Source: Candidatus Dojkabacteria bacterium
Lineage (GTDB): Bacteria; Patescibacteriota; Dojkabacteria; B142; JAFGFJ01
DNA length: 64,000 nucleotides
Direction of reading: 5' to 3'
Assembly (NCBI GenBank): GCA_016931155.1
Contig: JAFGFJ010000001.1
Location: 7,050-71,049 of the forward strand
Each line of letters starts with the position of its first letter. Position 1 is the first letter of the stretch. The position numbers and the translations under genes were made by a program. The notes below the pieces were generated by a model that saw only the letters and a list, made by a program, of their open reading frames with translations, was not told where the DNA came from and made no database searches. Shown one piece after another: positions 1 to 10,364 of this stretch.

Positions 1-920
1 AATCTTCTTGCTTTTGTTGCCATTTCAAGAATATTAATTCCGGGAGTATCATCAATAAAAAGTCCAGATTCAGATAAAACTCCCATTGCATCTGCAAGTC
101 TGCCAAATACTTCTTCAGGAAGTCTACCGGTACGAAGATCCCACAAATTTGCATTGACCTGCATGGCAAGAAGGCGATCCATTAGCTGTACATTCGACAT
201 TTCGAGAGAGAACACTCCTACATTCTTCTTCTCCCTGGTAGCAATATGCCTGGCAAAATCAAGAGCTAAAGCACTTTTTCCAACTGACGGACGAGCAGCA
301 AGTATTATCAAGTCCGATCTCTGGAAACCTCCCAAAAGATTGTCCAACAATGAAAACCCTGTTTTAAGACCGCGGATTTTACTATCATCCTGGTCTACCT
401 CTACCGCCCTTTCATAAGCTTCTTCAAGAAGTTTTGAAATGTGAGTAAAGTCCCTTTCTATGCTTTCTTCAGAGATCTGATAGAGATCACGCTCAACCTG
501 GTTAAGTATATCTTCGAGTTTTTTATCTTCTTTAAACGCAAGCTCATTTACCTGTCCGCTTAATGTAATCATTCTTCTCCTGATACTGTTATCTTTGACT
601 ATATGTGCATATTCTTCAATATGTGATGATGTCGGGACTCCTGCAACAAGATCCGAGAGATAGCCAGCCCCACCTACTTGCTTCAATTTGTTATTTTTCT
701 TTAAGAAATTTGAAACTGTAAGAACATCAATTGCTTTTTGAGATTGAAATAGCTCCATCATTGCAGAGTATATTTCAGTATTATTTGGATTGTAAAAATG
801 CTCCGGTCTAAGAAACTCAGCTACCTTAATGATTGCCTCCTCATCCATAAGAAGAGCCCCTAAGACTGATTTCTCAGCTTCGAGATCCTGCGGCGGAAGT
901 TTATAAGTAGTTGCCATCAT
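1..920 (-). CDS. dnaB: Replicative DNA helicase DnaB, N-terminal ~306 aa; the 3' end of the gene runs past the window start. The ORF track missed it because there is no stop codon inside the window.
   Basis: Manual minus-strand translation: MMATTYKLPPQDLEAEKSVLGALLMDEEAI... GFSLLDNLLGGFQRSDLIILAARPSVGKSALALDF... LFIDDTPGINILEMATKARRL. This is the DnaB N-terminal domain plus the Walker A region, and it stays open to position 1. Confidence 0.8.
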   Translation of the reverse strand, partial: MMATTYKLPPQDLEAEKSVLGALLMDEEAIIKVAEFLRPEHFYNPNNTEIYSAMMELFQSQKAIDVLTVSNFLKKNNKLKQVGGAGYLSDLVAGVPTSSHIEEYAHIVKDNSIRRRMITLSGQVNELAFKEDKKLEDILNQVERDLYQISEESIERDFTHISKLLEEAYERAVEVDQDDSKIRGLKTGFSLLDNLLGGFQRSDLIILAARPSVGKSALALDFARHIATREKKNVGVFSLEMSNVQLMDRLLAMQVNANLWDLRTGRLPEEVFGRLADAMGVLSESGLFIDDTPGINILEMATKARR

Positions 921-1079
921 TGAAAATATTTCAAAAATACGACTATATTTAGAAATTTAACTCAACATATCACACCCCACCTGCTGATCCTAAACAGGTT
1001 TAACTAAACTCAGAGTTGATCATGGACAATTGGTTAGCAACAATTCTACACTCCAAACCCTCTTAACTCAATAATTATT

Positions 1080-2678
1080 TCAAAAGCTGGTATATTCCCA
1101 TACCCTCTCAAGAATCCTCACATAAAGAGGATCCTCTTCAAAAACAGGAGTCGGTTGCCACCAAACACAACCCTGGTTCTCAGGAATTCTGTCTACCTCT
1201 TCATATGTGATTTCCCCGGCAACAACCCTGTCTGCAAGATTATTACTACTTTGATGATATCCACATGTTTTATGTGGAATCATTCTCATATCTAACAGCC
1301 TTCCTTTATACAGTGTAAAATTTACTATAATGCCCTCTCGTGTTGGATCGGTATGAGTCTGATCGAAAATAAGATTACCAAGACTGTACCAGACAGGTAT
1401 AGATTCCCCATCAGAGTTTTCCATTACCTCAACATTTTGCACCCAGTGAGGGTGGCTTCCCAGAACAAGGTCTGCTCCTGCAAGCACAAATTCCTTTGCC
1501 ATCTCCCGCTGGTGTGTTGTTGCATAGTTTTTGTATTCAATCCCCCAGCTCATAAAAACAACCACAAAATCTGATTCACTTTTTGCCTCCTCTATATCCT
1601 TCATAATTTTTTCTCTGTCAATCGTAAGCGAACCATTAGATTCTCTTTTTGAATAACTGTTTATTCCCTGATATTCCTCACCAGCCCAGTAAAAATATGC
1701 GACATCGTCTGCACCAAGAAATGCAAACTTAATTCCATTTGCTTCAACAATTGTATGTGAACTGGCAAATTCGATGTTGTCTCCTGTCCCAAAATTTTTT
1801 ATACCTGCCTCATCCAGCAATCTTTTTGTATTTGCATACCCCTTTGATCCTGCATCTCCTGCGTGATTCCCTGCAAGTGAAAGAACATCAAAGCCAACGT
1901 TTTTGAATGCTGGTATGACTTTTTCATCACTTACAAAAGTTGTGCAACCCGTGCATGGGACAGGATCACCCAGATAAGAATTTTCCAACATTGCTAATGC
2001 AAGGTCAGCATCTTGAATATAGGGTCTAATCCTCTCAAACAGAAATTCTGCATTATCCGTTCTATTCAACCAAAGCCTGTCAACAGCTCTTGCCAGAATC
2101 ATTTCTCCTCCTGTAGAAAGTGTTGTAATTTGGTCTTTAGCAAAAGCCTTCGTATCTGCCAGTTCCCCTTCTTTATCTTTACTGGTAAGTACTTCTGTTT
2201 TTAAGGGATAATCCTCGAGACTTACCATTTTATCGAAGAGGTGGACACCCTCAACTGCCAGAGATTTCAATCTGATATCTTTTTCGAATGGGTAAACAAT
2301 TAGTATCGCATCTTTAGAAAGCGACGAAAAAGTATTAAAGTCGGGTTTTATTTTGGATGTCTCAGTAAGTTCTAATAAATCTTTTATCCTGCCAATCTCA
2401 TCCTCTGAGATATTCTCTGAGAAATATATTTCTCTGGTCTTGAGTTCGTCCAAAGTTACTGAATTACCAACGGTTTTGAAATGAGTCTGCGGAATGTAGT
2501 AATTGGTTAAATAGTACGCGTCTTTATCTACATCCGCATCAGAAATCTTCCCTCCCTCGTACTTAGGATAAAAAAAGTAAAAAAAGACCGGAAATGTAAG
2601 TAAAACCAACAGAATCAGCCAGCAAGGTGGTCTTTTTCTCTTCACCGGATCATAAGTTACAGCCACTTTAGAAATCAT
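1080..2678 (-). CDS. CapA/PgsA-family metallophosphatase (poly-gamma-glutamate capsule synthesis family) with an N-terminal TM anchor and a ~200-aa N-terminal extension
   Basis: C-terminal half shows the CapA (PGA_cap) signature (LSLAGNHAGD, SWGIEY, LAGADLVLGSHPHWVQ, YSLGNLIFDQ). An N-terminal hydrophobic segment is present. Confidence 0.65.
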   Translation of the reverse strand: MISKVAVTYDPVKRKRPPCWLILLVLLTFPVFFYFFYPKYEGGKISDADVDKDAYYLTNYYIPQTHFKTVGNSVTLDELKTREIYFSENISEDEIGRIKDLLELTETSKIKPDFNTFSSLSKDAILIVYPFEKDIRLKSLAVEGVHLFDKMVSLEDYPLKTEVLTSKDKEGELADTKAFAKDQITTLSTGGEMILARAVDRLWLNRTDNAEFLFERIRPYIQDADLALAMLENSYLGDPVPCTGCTTFVSDEKVIPAFKNVGFDVLSLAGNHAGDAGSKGYANTKRLLDEAGIKNFGTGDNIEFASSHTIVEANGIKFAFLGADDVAYFYWAGEEYQGINSYSKRESNGSLTIDREKIMKDIEEAKSESDFVVVFMSWGIEYKNYATTHQREMAKEFVLAGADLVLGSHPHWVQNVEVMENSDGESIPVWYSLGNLIFDQTHTDPTREGIIVNFTLYKGRLLDMRMIPHKTCGYHQSSNNLADRVVAGEITYEEVDRIPENQGCVWWQPTPVFEEDPLYVRILERVWEYTSF

Positions 2679-2767
2679 AGTCCTCAGAAATTAAAAATCT
2701 ATGAGTATAGCACGTAGATTTATGCTTATATTTACGAGCAGCAATCAGGCAAATAGTCTGGCGGGCT

Positions 2768-3328
2768 TTACTTCGAGAGAAAAACAAACCTCATAGGAAT
2801 TTCCTCACCAAGAAAATCTTCTTCTTTTACTTTGAGTTTTGATTCTTTCTCAAAATCCGCATGCCCTAGACCTAATACAAATTTTTTCACTCCTTCTTCT
2901 TCTTCCCCCAAAGGAACAACAATATAGGGATCAACCAAATTGACCATCTTTTTTGCAAAATCTGCATTCCTTACAGAAAGAAAAAGGATATCAATAACCC
3001 CCATTTCGTCACGAATAGACTCAGGCAAACTTTCTACACTCTCTCCAATAAAACAAACGTTCACATTATCGATATTTATTTCAAAAATATCGGCTTTTTG
3101 TTTGTCTATACCTACCCCTGTCTGGTAAGCACTTACAAGTACATCACTTCTTTCATATTCTCCGGGAGAAAAAACCTGAAAAATCCCTCCATTAGAGACC
3201 TTTTCTCCACCAACAACAAAACTCGTACCATCCTTTATCGTCCTACCTGTCTCTTTTGGATTAACAAGAACCTTGGCGTTTTTACCCGCAAGAACAACCG
3301 AAAAAGATTCTACTAATTGAACTTCCAT
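2768..3328 (-). CDS. Hypothetical protein, possibly an MBL-fold/UlaG-like hydrolase C-terminal-like domain
   Basis: Only weak pattern similarity to MBL-fold hydrolases (DILFLSVRNADFAKKMVNLVDPYIVVPL). 186-aa ORF in a gene-dense minus-strand block. Confidence 0.35.
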   Translation of the reverse strand: MEVQLVESFSVVLAGKNAKVLVNPKETGRTIKDGTSFVVGGEKVSNGGIFQVFSPGEYERSDVLVSAYQTGVGIDKQKADIFEINIDNVNVCFIGESVESLPESIRDEMGVIDILFLSVRNADFAKKMVNLVDPYIVVPLGEEEEGVKKFVLGLGHADFEKESKLKVKEEDFLGEEIPMRFVFLSK

Positions 3329-3664
3329 AGCAATGTGTCAAAAAATTAATAAGTGAACATAATCAATCTTAGCTTTTATTTGAAAGTTTCTCAAGGGGAA
3401 TTTATGAAGAATGCTATACACCCACCTAAATCAAATAATCCCGAAGTTATCCACAACTCGATGTTTTTAGTTGCACGGGAAATGCTTTAATACTTTAAAG
3501 TGTTTTATATATTAAATTACGTAACATTGTTTTCCTGCTGTGGAGGAATTTTTGTGCGCACAACGACCTGTTTAAAAACCACACAAGGGATGACACCAAA
3601 CACATATACTCACAAGTTCCAACAGACCTGTGTATAGAATAGGAGATACAAATACCAAATATAT

Positions 3665-4267
3665 TTATTGAGAGAATTGACCCGGCTGGAAGAAAAACCT
3701 CAAAATACCAAAAGTAATGACAATACCGACCAATGCCCCGATTATTACCTGAGAGACAGTATGCTTTTTTTCATAAACTCTTGACCACCCCACAAGGAGA
3801 ACCAGCACAAAAAGAAGTGAGTATGGCCATCCCGAAAAATATGCCATTATCGTAACCATAACGGCATTGGTAGAGGTATGAATACTAAGAAGCCAGAACT
3901 TATTAACTAGAGCAACCAAAGCCCCTGGAGCTATAAGCAAGAGCATAAATTTAGCCAAGTTATATTGTCCTCCAAACAACGAAACGCCAATTAATAGAAG
4001 ATCACAAAACAGGAACATCAACAGTATTAGTATTCTCTTCTTCCTGTCCCTTGTGTCCGGATCCTCTATTATCCTTAACTGCATGAAAGCTATAAAAACA
4101 GTGAAAGGAACAACCAGAAGGAGGAAAAAAGACATAACTTCCAGACTTCTACTCCCGGAAAATAGCTCTTTTGCTTCAAAAAGCAGATAGGCTACCATAT
4201 ACATCACCCAGCTAACTGGACTCAAGATGGAGCCTACTATTATCGCAAAAGTTTTGACAAATCTCAT
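3665..4267 (-). CDS. Polytopic membrane protein with weak PAP2-like features
   Basis: About 6 hydrophobic helices. The C-terminus has SRvyekkHtvsQ, which resembles PAP2 motif 3 (SRx5Hx3D) with D replaced by Q. Confidence 0.3.
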   Translation of the reverse strand: MRFVKTFAIIVGSILSPVSWVMYMVAYLLFEAKELFSGSRSLEVMSFFLLLVVPFTVFIAFMQLRIIEDPDTRDRKKRILILLMFLFCDLLLIGVSLFGGQYNLAKFMLLLIAPGALVALVNKFWLLSIHTSTNAVMVTIMAYFSGWPYSLLFVLVLLVGWSRVYEKKHTVSQVIIGALVGIVITFGILRFFFQPGQFSQ

Positions 4268-4578
4268 AATACAGTCAACTTATATGACCCGGGACTATAA
4301 TAATTCGGGAACCCGGTTAGTTTAACTAGTTTTCCATTTTTACTGTCAATCATCCCTATTTGATACTTTATTATAACAATAAAATCTCCTGAGGATAATT
4401 GCATCCACTCAACAGGATACTGCCCTCTATAGCCAAACCAGGAGATTAAAGTAGTCTTTGTATTTTCTTTTGTATTAATAAGCCGGAGCTTATTTATGCC
4501 AACAACTGATTCCTTTATTTCCAATCTATAATTCTCATTTATTTCCTGAGGTTTAATAGTATTAGTACTGACTACCAC
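4264..4578 (-). CDS. Hypothetical protein
   Basis: 104-aa ORF that overlaps the downstream gene start by 4 nt (operon-like). No recognisable motif. Confidence 0.35.
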   Translation of the reverse strand: MVVSTNTIKPQEINENYRLEIKESVVGINKLRLINTKENTKTTLISWFGYRGQYPVEWMQLSSGDFIVIIKYQIGMIDSKNGKLVKLTGFPNYYSPGSYKLTVL

Positions 4579-4739
4579 ACTAAATCTCTCGTTCTGATCA
4601 AAGAACGAATAAATCGGATATAGATATATATTAATAAAACTGTCAGAAAAGATCCTGAATAGTATGCTACCTCTGGAAATGCTGACCGGGTAATTATTAT
4701 GCTGGTATTCACCACAGGATTCTGTCCTTCCACATTCTT

Positions 4740-5045
4740 TCAGATAAGTATAATGAAAAAAATTTGAAATTCTCTGTTTTTTATCATTTTTATTAAGAAA
4801 TTAACTAAATTAAGCAAAAAGCCTTGATGAATACTTTCAATTTCAGTAGATATATCATTAACATTACCAAAATCCTTAAAAGCAACATTAATTGCTTCTT
4901 TTTCTGTTTTTCCAAGCAAGATAAGCTCCGTAGCCTTTTCAAAAATATGTGAGCCTAGTTCTTCTCTAAACATACATTTTGAATTTTTATCCAAAGACAA
5001 GCTCACCAACTTTGTATTTATCAGATCCTGGAGATTATTTTTCAT
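4740..5045 (-). CDS. Hypothetical protein; its start overlaps the PadR gene stop
   Basis: 101-aa ORF co-oriented with padR and overlapping it by 11 nt. Confidence 0.35.
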   Translation of the reverse strand: MKNNLQDLINTKLVSLSLDKNSKCMFREELGSHIFEKATELILLGKTEKEAINVAFKDFGNVNDISTEIESIHQGFLLNLVNFLIKMIKNREFQIFFIILI

Positions 5046-5388
5046 TAAGAATAAAGCTTTTTGTGTTAAAAAATAGTTTGTCTATTAGAGTGCTAAATTT
5101 CTTCCATTCCTCCCTTGCCTCCTTTATTTTCCTTTTTCCTTTTTCAGTGATGTGATAGTACTTTCTTTTTGGAAGGTTTTCCTGCTCAATCCAATAACTT
5201 TCAAGCATTCTTCCTCTTTCCAATTTGTGCAAAATTGGATAGATCGTCCCTTCACCCAGCTTCAGCGAATTATCACTAAGCTGTTTAATTTGTTTGATAA
5301 TCTGGTAACCATATTTGTCCCCACTATTCAAAGAGGTAAGTATCATTGTATTTGTGGTTCCCTTTAGTAATTCTTTTGAGTAATTCAT
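5035..5388 (-). CDS. PadR-family transcriptional regulator
   Basis: Winged-HTH PadR signature: YGYQIIKQI...EGTIYPILHKLERGRMLESYW...KRKYYHITEKGK. Confidence 0.75.
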   Translation of the reverse strand: MNYSKELLKGTTNTMILTSLNSGDKYGYQIIKQIKQLSDNSLKLGEGTIYPILHKLERGRMLESYWIEQENLPKRKYYHITEKGKRKIKEAREEWKKFSTLIDKLFFNTKSFILNEK

Positions 5389-5409
5389 AATTTTAAATTA
5401 ATATATCAT

Positions 5410-5432
5410 ATTACGATGTAGTATATCGTAAT
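5410..5432. promoter_or_regulatory. Perfect 8-bp inverted repeat ATTACGAT-N7-ATCGTAAT, 22 nt upstream of the padR start. Candidate PadR autoregulatory operator.
   Basis: Seen in sequence: attacgatgtagtatatcgtaat. Confidence 0.35.
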
Positions 5433-5615
5433 ACAACCTATATAAAATGTCAAGTGAGGGTGAGAAACTACTGACAATTTGCTGGGTATCGGAATCAAAT
5501 AAGGCAACTACCCCTGCCTGATCATACTTTCGGTGTCATTTATGACCTGGCAACTTGTCCTCCAGACCTCCTTGTCAATCTTACCAACTATGCTATAATC
5601 ATCTCGTTAAAATCG

Positions 5616-5936
5616 ATGAAAACAGACGTTCACCCAAAATATAATAGTGAAGTTACAGTTACCTGCAGTTGCGGGAATACTTTCAAGACAGGCTCTACGG
5701 TAGAGAGTATCAAGGTTGAGCTTTGCTACAACTGTCACCCTTTCTATACAGGAAAACAAAGGATTGTTGACACAGAGAATCTTGTAAAGAAATTCGAAGA
5801 AAAGGCAAAGAGTGCACAAAAGGAAAAATCCGCTTTAAAGAAAGAGAAATTACAGAAAAGAAGAAAATCAAAAGTTACAGAGATCAAAGCTGGCGAAGCA
5901 CTTACTCTGAAAGATATGCTTAAGCAATATAAATAG
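5616..5936 (+). CDS. rpmE: 50S ribosomal protein L31 with a Lys-rich C-terminal extension
   Basis: [52 protein letters not shown] matches the L31 consensus including the CxxG...CxxCHPFY zinc ribbon. Confidence 0.85.
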   Translation: MKTDVHPKYNSEVTVTCSCGNTFKTGSTVESIKVELCYNCHPFYTGKQRIVDTENLVKKFEEKAKSAQKEKSALKKEKLQKRRKSKVTEIKAGEALTLKDMLKQYK

Positions 5937-6001
5937 TCTACTCCATTTTCATTTTTCACCTTTCCTTTCAGAGGATTTGAGTTTATGATTTTGTATCCCA
6001 A

Positions 6002-7048
6002 ATGATAAATATAGAAAAGTTAAAAAAAGAACAGGATGACCTGGCAAGAAAGATTCAGGATCCAAGTCTGAGTAAGGAACCTGGGGCATTCAAACGTGTT
6101 TCGACAAGGCTTTCTGAACTGGAAGAGATAATTAACACTTACAACGAAATCAAAGATCTTCAAAATCAGATAGAAGAAGCTCAGGAACTAATAAAATCAA
6201 GCGACGAAGATATGAAAAAGCTCGCCCAGGATGAATTGAAAGTACTAAATGAAAAAATTAAGACACTCAATTCAAAAATTGAAGAACTTACCATTGAGAA
6301 AGATCCGAATGATTACAGAAATGTACTTATTGAAATACGTGCCGGAACAGGAGGAGATGAAGCTGCACTTTTTGCAGAGAACCTCTACCGGATGTACCTG
6401 AAATACGCAGAAAGAATGGGGTGGAAAGTTGAAGAATACAGCAGTAGCAGAACAGGCAACGGCGGTTATAAAGAAGTCATTGCCCTTTTCTCAGGGGATA
6501 ATGCTTACGGAGAATTAAAACTGGAAAGCGGTGTACATAGAGTCCAGAGGGTTCCAGTAACCGAAAGTTCCGGACGAATTCATACCTCTACAGCCTCAGT
6601 AGTAGTCCTTCCAGAAATAGAAGATCTTGAGGTTGAGGTCAAAGACGAGGATTTAAAAATAGATGTTTTCCGTGCAGGAGGACCCGGAGGACAAAGTGTA
6701 AATACAACTGATTCAGCAGTAAGGATAACCCACCTTCCGTCAGGTCTCGTAGTTAGCGTTCAAGATGAAAAATCCCAGCTTAAGAACAAAGCCAAAGCAA
6801 TAAAGATATTGAAAAGCAGACTTTACGACATGAAACTTGCAGAAGAGGAGAAAAGAGAGTCCGAAAAAAGAAAGAATGCAATGAAGGGTGGAGACCGCTC
6901 GGCAAAAATACGCACTTACAATTTTCCACAAAGCAGGATCACAGACCACAGGATAAAGAAGAGCTGGCACAACATGCAGTCTATACTCGGAGGCGATCTC
7001 GAGGAAATAATTAAAACGACTGGAAGAGAATTAAATACGCAAAAGTGA
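6002..7048 (+). CDS. prfA: Peptide chain release factor 1
   Basis: GGQ motif ([26 protein letters not shown]). RF1-type [17 protein letters not shown] tripeptide-anticodon region. The gene ends with TGA. Confidence 0.85.
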   Translation: MINIEKLKKEQDDLARKIQDPSLSKEPGAFKRVSTRLSELEEIINTYNEIKDLQNQIEEAQELIKSSDEDMKKLAQDELKVLNEKIKTLNSKIEELTIEKDPNDYRNVLIEIRAGTGGDEAALFAENLYRMYLKYAERMGWKVEEYSSSRTGNGGYKEVIALFSGDNAYGELKLESGVHRVQRVPVTESSGRIHTSTASVVVLPEIEDLEVEVKDEDLKIDVFRAGGPGGQSVNTTDSAVRITHLPSGLVVSVQDEKSQLKNKAKAIKILKSRLYDMKLAEEEKRESEKRKNAMKGGDRSAKIRTYNFPQSRITDHRIKKSWHNMQSILGGDLEEIIKTTGRELNTQK

Positions 7049-7902
7049 CGAAAAGAAGAAACAAAAAAATATCAGAAATGGAACTGGAAATACTTACTTC
7101 CTTTATTCTTGGAAAACCAAAAGAGTTTTCGATCGCAAATCCGGATTTTGTACTTTCAAAGTTAGAAAAAAAGAAGTTGAGTGAACTAATAAAAAGACGC
7201 TTGAGTCAGGAACCTCTTGCCTATATCCTCGGAAAAAAAGAATTTTTCGGTCTTGATTTCAAAGTCAACAAAAATGTTCTAATCCCGCGACCCGAAACCG
7301 AACACCTTGTCGAAGAAGCAGTAAAAGCGATCATAGGAATCAGAGACAATCAGCCGGATAGAGTCATAAAAATACACGAACTTGCAACTGGATCAGGTGC
7401 TATCATAGTCAGTCTGGCACACGAACTCGTTAGTAGAAGATATGAGAAGAATTTGGAATTCGAGGCAAGCGATATTTCAGAAGAAGCAATGAAAGTTGCA
7501 AGAGAAAATGCAAAAAAACTTCTCAAGGAAAATAACCACATTTTATTCCGTCAAATAGATATTCTCAAAACAGAAATCAATATATCTGCAGATATATTGA
7601 TTTCAAACCCGCCCTACATACCTTCTACAAAGATTGCCCAACTCGACAAAACCATACGAAATTTCGAGCCCTGGCTGGCTCTGGACGGAGGTAATGATGG
7701 ACTTGAATACTACCATGCAATATTCGGTCACATTCAAAGAACAAGACCAGGGATAGTCCTGCTTGAGATCGAAAGCACCAATACGGAAAAGATAAGAAAG
7801 ACGGCAAAAGATACTCTCAAGAATTATTCGGTAGACACAATAAAAGACCTGGCTGGAAAAGATAGAATATTAAAACTTAATTACCTCCCCTTTCCCCAAT
7901 AG
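7045..7902 (+). CDS. prmC: Release factor glutamine N5-methyltransferase PrmC/HemK
   Basis: NPPY motif ([13 protein letters not shown]), SAM-binding GSGAI motif, prfA-prmC gene order. GTG start overlaps the prfA stop. Confidence 0.8.
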   Translation: MTKRRNKKISEMELEILTSFILGKPKEFSIANPDFVLSKLEKKKLSELIKRRLSQEPLAYILGKKEFFGLDFKVNKNVLIPRPETEHLVEEAVKAIIGIRDNQPDRVIKIHELATGSGAIIVSLAHELVSRRYEKNLEFEASDISEEAMKVARENAKKLLKENNHILFRQIDILKTEINISADILISNPPYIPSTKIAQLDKTIRNFEPWLALDGGNDGLEYYHAIFGHIQRTRPGIVLLEIESTNTEKIRKTAKDTLKNYSVDTIKDLAGKDRILKLNYLPFPQ

Positions 7903-9094
7903 TCACTTCTAATTCACTTGTTGCCCCATTTCTAAGAATTGTAAGTTTTGCTTTCGCTCCGATTTCTTGTTCCTGAATATATATTGTCAGAGATTTACCC
8001 TCAAAAGTCCCGCTATTGAAGGCAACAATTACATCCCCGGAAAGAATTCCTGCTGCTTCTGCAGGTCCATCTGTAACGACACTACTAACTGAAGCCCCAA
8101 TAACGGACTCCCCGTTTATAAAAACCAGTTTATTTGTGTACGCTACTCCAATAAATGGAACCCTCAGCCTGCCAAACTCATTGAGCTCCTGAATTTTCTT
8201 TTTTACTCTGTTAATTGGAAGAGCAAAAGACAGATTATCCGCACCTGCAACTCGTGCAAAACTCACTCCAATCACTTCAGAAGAAGAATTCAAAAGTGGC
8301 CCGCCTGAATTACCAGGATTAATTGCTGCATCAGTTTGGATAACATCCTCATAGACACTGTTTGGACCAAATCCGAATCCCGAACCAACTTTTACCTCTC
8401 TGTGAAGACCACTTATTATTCCTGAAGTCACAGTACCTTCAAGGCTTCCCAAAGGATTTCCAATTGCAATAACTGTCTGCCCAGGTTTCAGCTTGTCAGA
8501 ATCCCCCAGTGCAATAAAAGGAAAGTCCCCACCTTCTATTTCCATAAGAGCTATGTCATTCAGTACATCCCTGTATATATCTTTTACAACAATTGTTTCC
8601 TGTTTGTCCTTGAAGCTAACAAAGTACTCAGCAGTAACATCTGAAACAACATGCTGATTTGTTACTACAAGACCACTTGGGGAGACAACAAAACCGCTTC
8701 CAATAACTTGACTTTCTCCTCCCTTTTTTGCCCCTATTGCAACAACTGCCGGGCTCACTTTTTCAAACACATTACTTACAACTACCTCCTCCTCAGTCAC
8801 CTGCGGAGATCCCTGATCAGATCCTTCCTTTATTGGAAATCTATTGTCCTGTGTTTCTTCATCCGGCTTTATCTGCTCCAAATCAGCACAATTCAATACA
8901 TCATAAATATCCGAGCTGCTTGTGAAATTCGGACATACTTGCCTGCTTATATAACCAGTAAACCAAAGCAAGCCTGTAACGAGTAACAATACAAAAATAC
9001 AACCAAATGAAATGACGAAACAAGTCAGAATCAACTTCCAACTCCTTTTCTTTTTTACTTTAACTTTTGCTTTCTCGACCTCGGGTTCAGCCAT
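7877..9094 (-). CDS. HtrA/DegP-family (S1C) serine protease with a PDZ domain and N-terminal TM anchor
   Basis: Catalytic-triad context is present (TNQHVV..., DIALMEI, GNSGGPLLNSSSEVIGV). The C-terminal region is PDZ-like. Confidence 0.8.
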   Translation of the reverse strand: MAEPEVEKAKVKVKKKRSWKLILTCFVISFGCIFVLLLVTGLLWFTGYISRQVCPNFTSSSDIYDVLNCADLEQIKPDEETQDNRFPIKEGSDQGSPQVTEEEVVVSNVFEKVSPAVVAIGAKKGGESQVIGSGFVVSPSGLVVTNQHVVSDVTAEYFVSFKDKQETIVVKDIYRDVLNDIALMEIEGGDFPFIALGDSDKLKPGQTVIAIGNPLGSLEGTVTSGIISGLHREVKVGSGFGFGPNSVYEDVIQTDAAINPGNSGGPLLNSSSEVIGVSFARVAGADNLSFALPINRVKKKIQELNEFGRLRVPFIGVAYTNKLVFINGESVIGASVSSVVTDGPAEAAGILSGDVIVAFNSGTFEGKSLTIYIQEQEIGAKAKLTILRNGATSELEVTIGERGGN

Positions 9095-9108
9095 GATATT
9101 TATATAAT

Positions 9109-10362
9109 TTATTTGAGTAATTCTACCGCTTTTTCCAACTGCGGATCAAGCCCTTTATTGAATTCCTCTATTTTATACTCTATCTTGAAATCCGGTGTTA
9201 TTGGATCTTCCTGATTTATATTTCTTCCATTGGGAGTCAACCACCTTCTAAAAACAACATGCATGCTGGCTCCACCACTGAGATTAACAACCCTCTGCTC
9301 TACTCCTTTTCCCACCGTTTTTTCTCCTACCACCTTTGCTCTTCCATGATCCTGCAGAGCACCGGCAAATATTTCCGAGGCAGAAGCACTTCCTTTGTTG
9401 ACAAGTACAACAACAGGAATATTTCTCATCAGCCCGGTTCGTTCAACTTTGTGAGTATTTCTTCTGCCGTCCCTGTCTTCCTCGATAAGGATCACTTTAC
9501 CTTTATCAAGAAACTCACTCGATGCATATTTTGCTGAATCCACAAAGCCTCCCGGATTATTTCGAATATCAATTACTATGCCCCTTGGATTTTTTGAAAG
9601 AACATTTTGCATAGTAGCATCCCACTGCTGGTTAAAAGCAGAAACAGTTTCTTCGGTAAACTTAATTATCTTTATCTTGACAATTCCATCCCCAAGATCC
9701 TCATAGGTTACATTATCGAGATCTATTTTCTCTCGTACGATATCCAATTTTTGCTCCTCTTGTTTCGATACCTTGAAAATTGCCAATTTCACTGTCGTGC
9801 CAGCCTCTCCTCTGATCTTTGCTGCTACATGAGTAGCACTTTTATTCCTCATATCCTCACCGTCTACCTCAAGTATCACATCACCAGGTTCAAGCCCTGC
9901 CTTTCTGGCAGGATAACCATCTATGGGAGATTCAATTACAGTATGTTCACCATTGTACCTGAGTGTTGTACCAATTCCCTCAAATGCACTGGCATTACCA
10001 TTTTGATATTCTGCTGTCTCTTCTTTGGTAAGAAAAAAAGTATAGGGATCTCCAAGTGAATCAACAAGACCTTTTACAGTCCCATTCAAAAGGTCTTCAC
10101 CACTTAGGTCTTTCTTTATGTAAATTGATTCAAGCTGATCCCAAGCATCCCATAAGATATTTATGTTGACCTCATTTGCTTTATTGTAAAAATCTCCTGT
10201 CAGTTTATAATCGACCCCTTCTTCTTTTTGTTTTTTTATCTCAACCTTCCCGACAAAAACTCCCGAAAGAAATACGGTTATTCCTATTAATAAAAAGAGA
10301 AGAAATCTCATCGGATTCATCTCCCGTCTGTCCAACTCAGTTTTTTTATTACTATGGTTCAT
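9109..10362 (-). CDS. ctpA: Carboxyl-terminal processing (S41 tail-specific) protease
   Basis: PDZ domain followed by the S41 signature GIVIDIRNNPGGFVDSA and the downstream catalytic K region. Confidence 0.8.
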   Translation of the reverse strand: MNHSNKKTELDRREMNPMRFLLFLLIGITVFLSGVFVGKVEIKKQKEEGVDYKLTGDFYNKANEVNINILWDAWDQLESIYIKKDLSGEDLLNGTVKGLVDSLGDPYTFFLTKEETAEYQNGNASAFEGIGTTLRYNGEHTVIESPIDGYPARKAGLEPGDVILEVDGEDMRNKSATHVAAKIRGEAGTTVKLAIFKVSKQEEQKLDIVREKIDLDNVTYEDLGDGIVKIKIIKFTEETVSAFNQQWDATMQNVLSKNPRGIVIDIRNNPGGFVDSAKYASSEFLDKGKVILIEEDRDGRRNTHKVERTGLMRNIPVVVLVNKGSASASEIFAGALQDHGRAKVVGEKTVGKGVEQRVVNLSGGASMHVVFRRWLTPNGRNINQEDPITPDFKIEYKIEEFNKGLDPQLEKAVELLK

Positions 10363-10364
10363 CT

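Noticed and set aside
154-417. 87-aa plus-strand ORF
   Set aside because: It lies antisense inside the clearly homologous dnaB coding region (minus strand, open to the window edge), so it is a spurious shadow ORF.
6002-7048. Possibility of an alternative genetic code (UGA recoded, as in some CPR lineages)
   Set aside because: prfA itself and several other genes terminate with TGA at positions matching ortholog lengths. tRNA-Trp has anticodon CCA, not UCA. The standard bacterial code applies.
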